This document shows positions 38,309-48,707 of a DNA stretch of 64,000 nucleotides, in pieces. The stretch spans positions 121,953-185,952 of the forward strand of contig CAVTUQ010000014.1 in NCBI GenBank assembly GCA_963737905.1. Direction: 5' to 3'. Under the pieces are notes generated by a model. The model saw only the letters and a program-made list of their open reading frames with translations, was not told the DNA's origin and made no database searches. The translations under genes and the position numbers were made by a program. Position 1 is the stretch's first letter. Each line of letters begins with the position of its first letter. This DNA is from an uncultured delta proteobacterium. Lineage in GTDB: Bacteria; Desulfobacterota; Binatia; UBA9968.

Positions 38309-39931
38309 ATGTTGCCTCGACTGCTTTTCATCGTCTTTTTTCTTCTTGTGGTCAATCCGCTGTGGGCGGCCGCCGTGCCGGATATCGACGATCAGACACG
38401 GGCCATCGCCCAAGAGCTGCGCTGTGTCGTCTGCCAAAATCTCTCGGTTGCGGACTCGCCTTCGGAAATGGCCCAGCAGATGCGTGGGATTATTCGCGAA
38501 CAATTGACGGCCGGAAAAACTCCGCAGCAGATCAAAGACTTCTTCGTCTCGAAATACGGCGAGTGGGTTCTACTGGCCCCTACCACCCAAGGTTTCAGCC
38601 TTTTGGTTTGGGTACTGCCATTTGTCGTTCTGATTGCGGGAGTCGCCTGCGGCCTTTGGCTCATCCGTCGGTGGTCCGCCAGAGAAAAGGGCGGCAAGGA
38701 TACCGTCGCCAACTCGGAGTTGTTGGCACGCGTCCGGAGTGAAGCCGCAACCGGCAAAGCTTTCTATATTGACCCGGAGGATTCCAGCCCTGACGCGCAA
38801 CTCCGCCAAGAGCGCGCCCGGCTTTACACCGAACTGAAGGAACTCGAATTTGACTATCAGGCCGGCAAGCTTGCCGAATCGGATTACGCCGTCCTCAACT
38901 TTGAGATCGAGAATAGAGCGGCGGCAGTCCTCCAACAACTCGACTCGCTCTTGCCGCAGCAAGCGCCCGTGCGACTGACCGCCGGACGCCCAACAGTTGA
39001 GAAAAAAGGCAGCTCGAATGAAACGCGCAAAACTTACCGGGGATGGCAGCTTGCGACGGGAGGGGTCGTTTTACTCCTCTTCGGTTTGACGTTAGGCATC
39101 GCCCTGACAAATTCTTTGCGTCCAAGAGAGTCGACACAAGATTCCATTACGGGGGGCTTTTTAACCGGCACCGCAGGTAACCCAAGCGCCCGATTTCTGG
39201 AAGAAGGGAAAACGGCCTTTGCCAAGCAGGATTGGCCCAAAGCAATTGAAGCATTTAAGCAGTCACTCGTCGTAGATCCCGACCAGCCTGAAGCGCACGC
39301 CTACATGGGTTTCATTTTGATGCAAGCGGGTCACGCGGACGGGGCCTTGCTGGCGTTCGAGAAAGCACTATCCCAAGTGCCGGATTTTCCCATGGCCCTT
39401 TGGGGCAAGGGTATGGTTCTATTGCGCGACAAGCAGGATTACGCGGGCGCTCGGCAGGCATTGGAAAGGTTGGCTCAGCTCCTACCCGCGGGCGCGGAAC
39501 GAGCCGAGGTGGAAAAGGTAATTACGGAGATGCCTCGGTCGGAGAGAAAGCCGCGTCCGGGCGCGACTGCTGCTGCGTCCGGGCAGCAGATCGCCGGGAG
39601 GATCTCCATCGATCCAAAACTCAAAGCCAAAGTGGATAGCCAAGCCACTCTTTTTGTCATTGTTCGGCCTTCTGACGCCGCGAAAGGTCCGCCTCTGGCG
39701 GTCAAAAAGATCGATCGTCCGGTTTTTCCGCTTTCCTACGCCCTCGGCCCCGAAAATGTAATGATGAGGGGTATGCCTTTCACGGGCAGTGTCACTGTTA
39801 CGGCGCGCTTGGACAAAGATGGGAACCCCACTACCCGGCAACCAGGAGATTTAACCGGCGACTATAAGAAAAATCCTGCGGCCGTGGGGTCGAAGAATAT
39901 CGATATCGTACTTGATCAGGTTGTCCAATAA
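38309..39931 (+). CDS. ccmH: CcmH-CcmI fusion (LRCxxC domain, TPR repeats and C-terminal Ig-like domain)
   Basis: LRCVVCQNLSVADS, KYGEWVL, ELEFDYQAGK, TPR helices, PPLAVKKI...ARLDKDG. Confidence 0.9.
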   Translation: MLPRLLFIVFFLLVVNPLWAAAVPDIDDQTRAIAQELRCVVCQNLSVADSPSEMAQQMRGIIREQLTAGKTPQQIKDFFVSKYGEWVLLAPTTQGFSLLVWVLPFVVLIAGVACGLWLIRRWSAREKGGKDTVANSELLARVRSEAATGKAFYIDPEDSSPDAQLRQERARLYTELKELEFDYQAGKLAESDYAVLNFEIENRAAAVLQQLDSLLPQQAPVRLTAGRPTVEKKGSSNETRKTYRGWQLATGGVVLLLFGLTLGIALTNSLRPRESTQDSITGGFLTGTAGNPSARFLEEGKTAFAKQDWPKAIEAFKQSLVVDPDQPEAHAYMGFILMQAGHADGALLAFEKALSQVPDFPMALWGKGMVLLRDKQDYAGARQALERLAQLLPAGAERAEVEKVITEMPRSERKPRPGATAAASGQQIAGRISIDPKLKAKVDSQATLFVIVRPSDAAKGPPLAVKKIDRPVFPLSYALGPENVMMRGMPFTGSVTVTARLDKDGNPTTRQPGDLTGDYKKNPAAVGSKNIDIVLDQVVQ

Positions 39932-40244
39932 GTCACGGTCATATAGCTCGTAGTGTTCGGTCCGCTGATCCCTCCACCTGATTCGCCAAGAGAATGCCCG
40001 ACCGGTTCAATCAGCAAAAGCCTGTGCGGCCGGCTGATGTAGAGAACCACGCCTTTCAAGGCCCTTCGCTACGCGATCCCATAAGCTTATTTTTTGCACG
40101 CCACTGCCGATAACTCCTATGCTGGACCCTGGCGTTCCCTAAGACCGCTAGCAAGGAAACAAGCGGACTCAAGAGAGCGCAAAGCAATGCTAGCGTGTTC
40201 CTTGAGATAGTCGTTCGCGACGATCGTCACGTAGAGCGTTAAGG

Positions 40245-41507
40245 ATGGACACAGAAGAATTAAAAACAAGAAAGTCCGTTTCGATATCTCGGATCAAGCC
40301 CGGCATGTACGTGGTGAGTCTCGATCGGTCGTGGTTTCAGACGCCGTTTTACTTGCACCGCCGGTTGATCAAAAACGCCGAAGAAATAGAGCAGCTCAAG
40401 AAGCTCGGCGTCCGCGAAGTCGTGATTGACACCGCGCTGGGGGCCGACGTTGAAGGCCCACTGCCGGACCCAGCGCCCGTGACCACTCCCGTGGCAACGA
40501 GCGAAAGTGGGCGGACTCCTCGCCGGACCTCGCTCCATGAGGCTGCGCTCCAACCTTTGGTCCAAGAGCTTGAAGTGGCGCGAACGATTCACACCGAGGC
40601 CCTGGCGGTCGCGCAAACCATTTTTGATGGTGTCGGCAGTGGATCTCCTGTCAGTAGTCCGATTGCTAAGAAAGTTGTCACGACTCTATTGGACAGTATA
40701 ACGCGTTCTCCGGAGGCTAACCTACTCTTAACCCAAATGCGCCGCTTTCAGCATGACCTGTTTACTCACGCGGTGAACGTCTGCGTGCTCTGCCTCGTGG
40801 TCGGAACTCTGGATGGCTTTGACAGCGAGATATCCGCGCTTGGCTTGGGAGCCTTGCTCCATGACGTCGGTGAAACCCGTATGCCACGAAACCTGATTCG
40901 AAAAAACGAGCCTTACACGGAGTCGGAGCGCCAGCTCCTGGAACAACATCCCAGACTTGGTGCCACCCTGTTAGAGCGAGGCGAAAACATTCCTGAGCTG
41001 GTGCGTCGCGTTGTGGCCGAGCATCACGAGCGCATCGACGGCTCGGGCTATCCTTTCGCCCTTCGGAACACCCAAATATCTCTCTTGAGCCAAGTTATTG
41101 CGATCACCGACACCTATGACACTATGCTGACGGGGCGCAATCAGGGATCCCTGCAGCCCATCGAAGTCCTCCGCCAGCTCTATTTACAGAGCAATGCCGG
41201 GGCGTTCGACCGCGATCTAATCGAGCGGATCATCCGTTGCTTGGGTGTTTATCCTGCTGGCAGTGTGGTCGAGCTTAATACGGGAGAACGTGGGATCGTT
41301 ATTGCCGCAAACAAGAAGGACACCCTGAGACCAACCTTACGCATTATTTCGTCACGCAATGGCTTAGCCCTATCGCGAGGACCCGTTATCAGTCTCGCGG
41401 ATTGGGACTCCGGTGCCGAGCGACGAATCGTTCGGGCTTTGGATCCCGGTAAAGAGCGCGTTGATGTGCTTGCCTATCTGAAGCTCGCGCCGGCATTTTC
41501 CGGGTAA
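40245..41507 (+). CDS. HD-GYP c-di-GMP phosphodiesterase with N-terminal DUF3391-like domain
   Basis: IKPGMYV..LDRSW, THAVNV, LHDVG, HHERIDGSGYP. Confidence 0.92.
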   Translation: MDTEELKTRKSVSISRIKPGMYVVSLDRSWFQTPFYLHRRLIKNAEEIEQLKKLGVREVVIDTALGADVEGPLPDPAPVTTPVATSESGRTPRRTSLHEAALQPLVQELEVARTIHTEALAVAQTIFDGVGSGSPVSSPIAKKVVTTLLDSITRSPEANLLLTQMRRFQHDLFTHAVNVCVLCLVVGTLDGFDSEISALGLGALLHDVGETRMPRNLIRKNEPYTESERQLLEQHPRLGATLLERGENIPELVRRVVAEHHERIDGSGYPFALRNTQISLLSQVIAITDTYDTMLTGRNQGSLQPIEVLRQLYLQSNAGAFDRDLIERIIRCLGVYPAGSVVELNTGERGIVIAANKKDTLRPTLRIISSRNGLALSRGPVISLADWDSGAERRIVRALDPGKERVDVLAYLKLAPAFSG

Positions 41508-41511
41508 TACG

Positions 41512-43059
41512 ATGGACCTCCGAACTCATTCAACCGCCGCGCCTTTCAGCTCAGAAGCTGCAGAGCGTTCCATCGTTCAGTTGCTCATCGAAGCGCTGCC
41601 GTCAGGCGCCATCATTGTAGATCCCCAGGCAAAAATTACTGCCCTCAATCTACAGGCGGAAATGTCTCTGGGTTGGGGGGCATCGATCCTGGAGGGGCAA
41701 TCGGCTCATGAGATCCTAGAGTGTCGAGCCGAAGATACCCCAAATACGCCGGCAGATTGCCCAATCTTGAGAGTTCTCAGTGGAGGAAGTGCCAGCCCCA
41801 ATGGGCATATGTGGGTTCGCTGTCGAGACGAGACTTTCAAGCAGATCGAATATCACTGTGTTCCCTACCCCACGGGAAAAGGACTCGGGGCGATCTTGGC
41901 TTTCCGCGATCTGACCCGCGAGTTGGAGTTGGAAAAAGACTTACGCCGTCTTGCCTCCATTGCAGAGGAAAGTCCAATTGCCATCGTCGAGCTGAACGAA
42001 GATGCCAACCTTATCCAGGCCAACCCGGCCATGATGGCTCTATTGGAACGATTCGGTTTTAGTTGTAACGCTCGTCCCGCCATATTGCCGGCGAACATCG
42101 AGACGCTTACGGCTCAGTGTCTGCACACCCAAACCGAACTCGATGGGATCGAAGTCAGCGTCGGAAAGAGTCATTACGAATGGAAATTGGTTCCCGTCAC
42201 GCGCGAGAAACTCGTGCGCGGATATGGAATCGATCTCACGGCGCGCAAACGAGCCGAAATCGAACTGACCCAGGCCAGGGCACGGGCTGAGGTTGCGAGC
42301 CAAGCCAAGTCGGAATTTCTTGCCAACACGAGTCATGAACTTCGCTCGCCGATTCATGTCATTTTGGGAATAACGGATCTTCTAACCAAAGACGGTCTAA
42401 ACGAAGGACAACTCGAGTATGTAAAGACCGTCGGTTCGTGCGCGAAATCGCTGATGGCTATCATCGACAATATTCTCGATATGGCGGCACTGGAAGCCGG
42501 AAGGATCAACGTAGAGACAACCCCCTTCAACTTTCGCGCCTTTATGAGTAGGACAGCTGCCCCTTTTTTTCGCCGAGCCGAAGAAAAGGGATTGCAACTG
42601 AGAGTTACCATCAGCAGAAAAGTGCCGGCGCGGGTCTCTTGTGATCGTAAGCGGCTGAGTCAGCTTTTGCAAAATCTTCTCAGCAATGCGATCAAGTTTA
42701 CCAAACGGGGCGAAGTGACCGTCGAAGTAGACCCGGGTGCCATAACGAGATGCCCTTCCACGGAAGGCGAGACAGCGAAAAAAGGATCTTCTCATGGAAC
42801 CGCCTTCCATCTTTTTTTCTCGATACGCGATACCGGAATCGGCATTCCTCGCGAAAAACAAGAGGCCATCTTCGATCGCTTTTCGCAAGCGGATGGTTCC
42901 AGCAGTCGGAGCTACGAGGGAACCGGATTGGGATTGGCGATATCGAAGCAACTGGTCGCACTGATGGGGGGAACCATCGGCGTAGAAAGCGAGCCGGGAG
43001 AGGGAAGCAGATTCTGGTTCAGCCTGCCGATGGAAGAGCCGTTCCGAGCCTCAAAGTAA
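41512..43059 (+). CDS. PAS-domain sensor histidine kinase
   Basis: FLANTSHELRSP H-box, NLLSNAIKFT, DTGIG, GTGLGLAI; no receiver domain. Confidence 0.93.
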   Translation: MDLRTHSTAAPFSSEAAERSIVQLLIEALPSGAIIVDPQAKITALNLQAEMSLGWGASILEGQSAHEILECRAEDTPNTPADCPILRVLSGGSASPNGHMWVRCRDETFKQIEYHCVPYPTGKGLGAILAFRDLTRELELEKDLRRLASIAEESPIAIVELNEDANLIQANPAMMALLERFGFSCNARPAILPANIETLTAQCLHTQTELDGIEVSVGKSHYEWKLVPVTREKLVRGYGIDLTARKRAEIELTQARARAEVASQAKSEFLANTSHELRSPIHVILGITDLLTKDGLNEGQLEYVKTVGSCAKSLMAIIDNILDMAALEAGRINVETTPFNFRAFMSRTAAPFFRRAEEKGLQLRVTISRKVPARVSCDRKRLSQLLQNLLSNAIKFTKRGEVTVEVDPGAITRCPSTEGETAKKGSSHGTAFHLFFSIRDTGIGIPREKQEAIFDRFSQADGSSSRSYEGTGLGLAISKQLVALMGGTIGVESEPGEGSRFWFSLPMEEPFRASK

Positions 43060-43180
43060 CTGAGTGTATTTTCAACTTGGGATAACATTTTCACTCAACT
43101 ACCAAAAAGATTCTCTCCAGACTTGACGGCTTCCTTTCTTTTTCATATGGCCTAGGTTGCGACCCAAAAAAGGAGGCGAT

Positions 43181-44323
43181 ATGGCAACCCATCTCGTTAT
43201 CGACGCTGACGGCCACTGTTATGAACCAGACGTGGGTTTGGTGAAGTGGCTACCAAAGGAATACGCGCACCTGGCGCCCAATCGTGTGACCGACAGCTCC
43301 GGATACTCTCACCTGATGATCGAGGGACGGTTGGCGGGGCGCCGGCGCTGGGGCGGAGGCGCCGATCGCGGGGCAGTGTTTGCCGATCACATCGAGAGAA
43401 GCCGTCCCGGCATGACCGACGCAACTAAACGATTACCCGACATGGACGAGGAGGGTATCGATGTCGCCGTCATTTTTGGCACCTCCATCGCTCTGATGGT
43501 CAACGGCATGGCTGACAAACCCCTGGCGGCGGCCATTTGCCACGCCGTGAATCGTTGGCTGGCGGAAGAATACATCGCTCCTGATCCCAAGAGGTTGAAG
43601 GGGGTGGGACTGATCCCGGTTCAAGATCCGCCCGCTGCGGTAAAAGAATTAGACTACCTGGCCCAGCAGCGCGGCATCGTAACCGCCATGTTGCCAACGA
43701 ACGTGTATGGCATCAATCTCGGTCATCGCATGTTTGATCCGGTTTATGCTGCCGCCCAGGAGATCGGCATGCCGCTTTCCGTGCACCCGCAGACCGAGCA
43801 CGACGGCCAGTATGGCGTCTGGGGCGTCATGGGCGCGGGCAGCGAGCGCATGGAGAAATACAGCTACGTGCACATGACCGCCTTCCCTTTCGAATGTATG
43901 ATCGCGCTCATGCACATGGTCGGCGAGGGCGTATTCGACCGCTATCCGAAACTCAAGGTTGGTTTCATGGAGGGCGCCTGTGGCTGGGCGCCATTCTGGG
44001 CCGAACGTTTGGACGAGCATTTTGAAAAACTTCGCCCGCAGTGGCCGCTCTGTCAACGCAAGCCGTCGGAAATCGTCCGAAGCTCTCAGGTCTGCTTTAC
44101 CTGTGAGCCAGAAGAAACGATCTTGCCTTATGTGCTCGATACCATCGGTATCACACAGGTAATGTACGCGTCGGACTACCGTCACTGGGACTCCGAGTTT
44201 CCCGAATCCGTGCGCAAATTGGAGAGCATTCCGGGGCTGAGCGAAGAGCAGAAACGCCGTGTTCTCGGCGAGAACGCCGTCAAGTGGTTTGGATTAAAGG
44301 CTGGGGATCTACCTACTCCGTAA
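43181..44323 (+). CDS. Amidohydrolase_2 family metal-dependent hydrolase/decarboxylase
   Basis: IDADGH, DMDEEGID, LSVHP, FMEGACGW, YASDYRHWD; RBS AGGAGG. Confidence 0.92.
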   Translation: MATHLVIDADGHCYEPDVGLVKWLPKEYAHLAPNRVTDSSGYSHLMIEGRLAGRRRWGGGADRGAVFADHIERSRPGMTDATKRLPDMDEEGIDVAVIFGTSIALMVNGMADKPLAAAICHAVNRWLAEEYIAPDPKRLKGVGLIPVQDPPAAVKELDYLAQQRGIVTAMLPTNVYGINLGHRMFDPVYAAAQEIGMPLSVHPQTEHDGQYGVWGVMGAGSERMEKYSYVHMTAFPFECMIALMHMVGEGVFDRYPKLKVGFMEGACGWAPFWAERLDEHFEKLRPQWPLCQRKPSEIVRSSQVCFTCEPEETILPYVLDTIGITQVMYASDYRHWDSEFPESVRKLESIPGLSEEQKRRVLGENAVKWFGLKAGDLPTP

Positions 44324-44453
44324 GTTTCTGCCCGGGGTCGCGCAATTTACGAGAGGCAGCGATGCCATTCGGCACCTCCTTGCCCATCTTTTTCGAAGCG
44401 TGGTATGTTTCGCAGGAATTGTGCGATTGAAAGCGGCACATAGGAGGACTCTC

Positions 44454-44561
44454 ATGTGGACATCCAAAGCGCGCAATCCCCGAACCTATCGTATTGTAGG
44501 ATCCCAGCGCCAGGTTGACGAGGAGGCGGTCTCGCAGTTCCCGCGTTCGACCCTAGGGTGA
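44454..44561 (+). CDS. Putative 35-aa small or leader peptide (MWTSKARNPRTYRIVGSQRQVDEEAVSQFPRSTLG)
   Basis: Strong RBS AGGAGG just before the ATG; followed by a hairpin and T-tract. Confidence 0.45.
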   Translation: MWTSKARNPRTYRIVGSQRQVDEEAVSQFPRSTLG

Positions 44562-44577
44562 GGAGTCTCACGCTCGC

Positions 44578-44600
44578 GCGACCTCCTAGGTCGCTCTTTT
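44578..44600 (+). terminator. Putative intrinsic terminator ahead of the Rieske gene
   Basis: GCGACCT-CCT-AGGTCGC stem followed by TCTTTT. Confidence 0.45.
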
Positions 44601-44648
44601 GTGAAGAATGCGAGTCAGGCATTCATCAAAAATGAGGAGTTTATCACC

Positions 44649-45828
44649 ATGCTCAGTCGTGAAGAGAATGATTTGCTCACGCGCGTAGGTTCGGAAACTC
44701 CGGCGGGTCAACTATTGAGGCGCTACTGGCAGGTTGTGGCGGCCGCTTCGGAGCTAAGCGACGAGAAACCAAAAAAGCGGGTCCGGGTTCTCGGCGAGGA
44801 TTTAGTGCTGTTCCGCAATCAAAAGCGGCGGCTACGGTCTCGTCGGGGAACACTGCTCGCATCGAGGCGCCTCCCTCTATTACGGATTTGTCGAGGAGGA
44901 TGGCATCCGGTGTCCTTATCACGGCTGGAAGTACGATCCCTGTGGCAAATGCCTCGAACAGCCCTTTGAAGGCGGCCGCGAGCTTCAAAGACAAAATCCA
45001 ACATCCCGCTTATCCCGTGGTGAAACTTAGGCGGCTTGTTATTCGCTTACCTGGGACCGCCGGAGAAAAAACCCAATCTACCCCGATGGGATATCCTGGT
45101 CCGGCAAGACGGCATTAAGAAAATCGATGTCTGCGAAGTCCTGTGTTGCAACTGGCTACAAGCGATGGAGAACTCCGTCGACCCCACGCATACCTATTAT
45201 CTCCATTCTCACACTCTGAAACTCAAGGGAGCCAAAGACTATGTTCCCTTTCATTATCAACCTCTGAGCAAAATCGAGTTTGATCTTGGTCATTTACCCC
45301 AGCTGGGCAGGGATTCAGAAACAGCGCGTTTTCACTGGCGACAACGTTCCTCCCGAGGCTCCGCACCCATTGATTTTCCCCAACATCCTGTTTGTCCCCG
45401 TGCGCTGGGGTTACGCGCTGCATTTCCGCACTCCTATCGATGATTATAATACGCATGTTTATCAGTTTCGCTTCAATCCGACCAAAGACGGCAGCATTGC
45501 TGAACAACCCGAAGACCCACCTATTGAATATGTCGGTACCAAAAACGCCGACGGCGAATTTCACCTGGATAACTTTGCCAGCCAGGACCACATGGCGTGG
45601 GAAACCCAAGGTTCGATCTCTGATCGCGCCAAGGAGCACTTAGGCGAATCCGACCGCGGCATTATTATGTTCCGTAAACTTCTGCGCGAGCAGATCCAAG
45701 CGGTTCAAGACCGCAGTGACCCCATCGGCATCAACATGGACCCGAACAAGGACGAAGTCATCCAGCTTATTCACGAAGGCTACTCGGCGTTTTCCTTCGC
45801 AGCGGCACGGGAAGATCAGCGGGCCTGA
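44649..45828 (+). CDS. Rieske aromatic ring-hydroxylating oxygenase alpha subunit (phthalate 4,5-dioxygenase-like), several frameshifts
   Basis: MLSREENDLLTRVG..LLRRYW; CSHRG and CPYHGW Rieske ligands; NWLQAMENSVDPTH...LH; QDHMAWETQG..EHLGESDRG spread across frames. Confidence 0.88.
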
Positions 45829-45867
45829 TCGTTTATAAGTCAGCCCTGCCGATGGGGTGGAAGTCAA

Positions 45868-46842
45868 ATGAAACGGCTAGCGCAATCCTTTGAACGCCCG
45901 GTGCTCGTTTTATTGATCCTCTTTTTTCTCACCGTACAGAGCCATGCGGCGGAAAAGACCAAGATCACCCTCGCCTACTCGACGACTGGCCCGACGGCCG
46001 TCGGATTGTGGATGGCGAAAGAGATCGGGGCTTTCGACAAGTACGGCGCCGATCCGAACCTCATCTTTATCTCGTCGGGCCCAGTTATGGTTCCAGCGTT
46101 GATCAGTGGTGACGTGCTGGGAGGCATTGCCGGGGCCAACGCCGTGATCTCCGCAGTGCTGGGCGGCGCTTCGATCGTTTCGGTGGCGAGCCTGGCCAAC
46201 CGTCCTTACCTTCGCCTATGGGTCCAGCCTGAGATCAACCGCCTCGAAGATCTCAGGGGAAAAACCCTCGGTGTTTCACGCTTCGGAGCGACCACAGACA
46301 ATCTCACGAGAATTCTCTTGCGTAAGACCGGGCTCGAAGGCGGGGTGAACATTCGCCAACTGGGTGGGACGGTGGAGGTGGGACTTGCTTTTCGTCACCG
46401 GCAAATCGACGGCGCGGTCCTAGCAACGCTTCGCACCGATGCACAGTATCGAATCCTGGCGGACCTGGCCGAGCTCGGTATCCAGTACTCCATGGGTTTG
46501 CTGGTGGTCTCACGGGATTTTTACCGCCGCTCCCCGGAAACTTTGGCGAATATTATGCGCGCCTATGTCGAGGGCGTCGCCGCCATCCGCGACCAGAAAC
46601 AGATGGCGTTGAAGACGATCGCTCGTTATACGCGGCTCAAGGAAACCAAGCCCATCGAGGAGATTTATGCCGATGCCGCCAAGTACGTCGACCCCGTTCC
46701 CCGCGTCGAGCCCGAAGCGGTCTCCGCTACTCTGGAATTCATGGGTAAAAAAGGACTTCCCATCGAAACCTTCGCCGATAATTCCATCGTCGATCGCCTA
46801 GTTCGCGAAGGATTCATTGATCAGCTTTATAAGAAGCGGTGA
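45868..46842 (+). CDS. ABC transporter substrate-binding protein, NitT/TauT (NMT1/THI5-like)
   Basis: Signal peptide; AKEIGAFDKYG, EDLRGKTLGVSRFG, DNSIVDRLVREGFID. Confidence 0.9.
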   Translation: MKRLAQSFERPVLVLLILFFLTVQSHAAEKTKITLAYSTTGPTAVGLWMAKEIGAFDKYGADPNLIFISSGPVMVPALISGDVLGGIAGANAVISAVLGGASIVSVASLANRPYLRLWVQPEINRLEDLRGKTLGVSRFGATTDNLTRILLRKTGLEGGVNIRQLGGTVEVGLAFRHRQIDGAVLATLRTDAQYRILADLAELGIQYSMGLLVVSRDFYRRSPETLANIMRAYVEGVAAIRDQKQMALKTIARYTRLKETKPIEEIYADAAKYVDPVPRVEPEAVSATLEFMGKKGLPIETFADNSIVDRLVREGFIDQLYKKR

Positions 46843-46964
46843 AAAAATCTTTCGAGCGTTTCCCAAAACCGGCTCGCCCCCGCAACTGACGTGCGGATTC
46901 CCGTCTTTGCGCTGGGTCGCCTCTTCGGTTGCGGTTCTATCGCGCTCGGCGATTGCAATTGTCG

Positions 46965-47741
46965 TCACGGCCGGCCACGTGCCACCGCATCCTCAACATC
47001 GTACTTGAGTAGGTTCCAGATCTTGTCCATGCAATTACAAAAATCGGGGTCTTTCATGCTTTTCATAGTGCGCGGGCGCGGCACATCGACGGTCACGATG
47101 CTCTTGATCAGTCCCGGCCGGGCGCTCATCACCGCGATGCGATCGCAAAGCATGACCGCTTCTTCGATGTTGTGGGTGACGAGGATGACGGTTTTCTTGT
47201 CGCGTTCCCAGATGCGTAAAAGCTCCTCGCGCATGACGAGACGGGTTTGTGCGTCGAGGTTGGCGAACGGCTCGTCCATCAGCACCACCTCGGGATCGTT
47301 GGCCAGCGCCCGCGCGATGGCAACCTTCTGCTTCATGCCGCCCGAAAGTTCGTGCGGCCGAGCGCCGGCGAAATCCAACAGCCGCACCACTTCGAGAAAA
47401 AAGCGGCTGATGCGTTTATAAACCGACGGCTCTTCCCGGCGAAACTCCGCGCCCAACGGCACGTTTTCTTCGACCGTCCGCCAGGGCATCAGCGCCGCAT
47501 CTTGAAACACCATGGAAACGGGCGACTTCGCATGTTGCTCGCCGACGAACTCCACGGTGCCGGTAGTCGGGGTTTCCAAGCGGCCGATGACGTGCAACAA
47601 CGTCGTCTTGCCGCAGCCGGTCGGACCGATGATGCCGAAGAACTCACGGTCGCGCACATCAAGGTTAACGCCGCCGATAGCGCGAACGTCGCCCTGGCTC
47701 GTCGTGTATACTTTGGTCAATCCGCGAACAACGACCTGCAT
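46965..47741 (-). CDS. ABC transporter ATP-binding protein, NitT/TauT family
   Basis: GPTGCGKT, LSGGMKQ, LMDEPF, VTHNIEEA. Confidence 0.93.
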   Translation of the reverse strand: MQVVVRGLTKVYTTSQGDVRAIGGVNLDVRDREFFGIIGPTGCGKTTLLHVIGRLETPTTGTVEFVGEQHAKSPVSMVFQDAALMPWRTVEENVPLGAEFRREEPSVYKRISRFFLEVVRLLDFAGARPHELSGGMKQKVAIARALANDPEVVLMDEPFANLDAQTRLVMREELLRIWERDKKTVILVTHNIEEAVMLCDRIAVMSARPGLIKSIVTVDVPRPRTMKSMKDPDFCNCMDKIWNLLKYDVEDAVARGRP

Positions 47742-47827
47742 GTTAATAATGATAGGAATTTCGGAGGCCGACACAAAAGACATAAAAACCGGCTCGGCCC
47801 TTGTTCCTTCCTCCTAGGTAGGTCCAT

Positions 47828-48707
47828 TCACCGCGCTCGGGCAGATGCTCTCTTCGCGGCTTCTTCAATGGCCCGGAAAGCATAAACCTGGGCCAGGTGA
47901 GCGCGAAATTTGGCGGAGACGTGCAGGTCCTCAAGTGGATCCCTGCCCTCGGCCACATCAGCAAAGCTCTCTTCGATCAATTTGGGAGTAAGCTTGTTGC
48001 CACGCAAGCGCTCTTCGATTGCTTGAGCGCGAAAAGGTTTTTCGCTCAAGCCCGTCACGCCCACGCCGATATCCTCACAGCGACCGTTTTGAGCAAGTCT
48101 AAGCCAGACGGCTACGCCGACAACCGCGAAGCCGGAGGCTTGTTGAGCCATCTTGAGGTAGGCGCTGCCGCAGCGCCGCGACGACACCGGCACGCGGACC
48201 TCCGTCAGGATCTCGGTTGGCTCGATGGCTGTGGTCATGGTACCAAGAAAGAATTCATCAGCGGCAATCCGCCGCTCTCCTTTTGGCCCCAAGAGTTTCA
48301 GCTCCCCTTCCAGAGCAAGGATCGCTGCCGGCCAATCAGCAGAGGGATCGGCGTGGGTCAGGCTGCCGCCGATGGTGCCGCGATTACGCACCTGGACATC
48401 ACCGATGGCACGAGCCGTCTGAGGCAGCAACGGACATTTGGCCTTTAGCAGCTCTGAGCTTTCGATCTGGTAGTGCGTGGCAAGCGCGCCGACGACGATC
48501 TTGTCGTCCTCTTGGCTAATCTTGCTGAGACCCGGAATTCTGGTGAGATCGATCAACAGCTTTGGGGTTGGCGAGCCTGAGCTTCAACAACGGCAGCAGG
48601 CTATGGCCGCCGGCCAGAAGCTTGGCTTCTTCTCCGTGCGCCGCCAAGGCGCGCACCGCCTCGTCCAAACTCTGCGGCGCGATGTATTCAAAGGCGGCCG
48701 GGATCAT
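47828..48707 (-). CDS. coxM: CoxM/CutM FAD-binding subunit (frameshift near 48560)
   Basis: MIPAAFEY..LAGGHSLLPLLKLRLA, then QVRNRGTIGGS..ADPSAD in the next frame. Confidence 0.88.

Noticed and set aside
33098-39931. ccm operon with CcmH-CcmI fusion as a novel system
   Set aside because: Canonical System I cytochrome c maturation. CcmE has the standard HxxxY motif and H/I fusions are well known.
40245-43059. HD-GYP plus PAS kinase pair as unusual signalling
   Set aside because: Common domain architectures with intact canonical motifs; nothing atypical visible.
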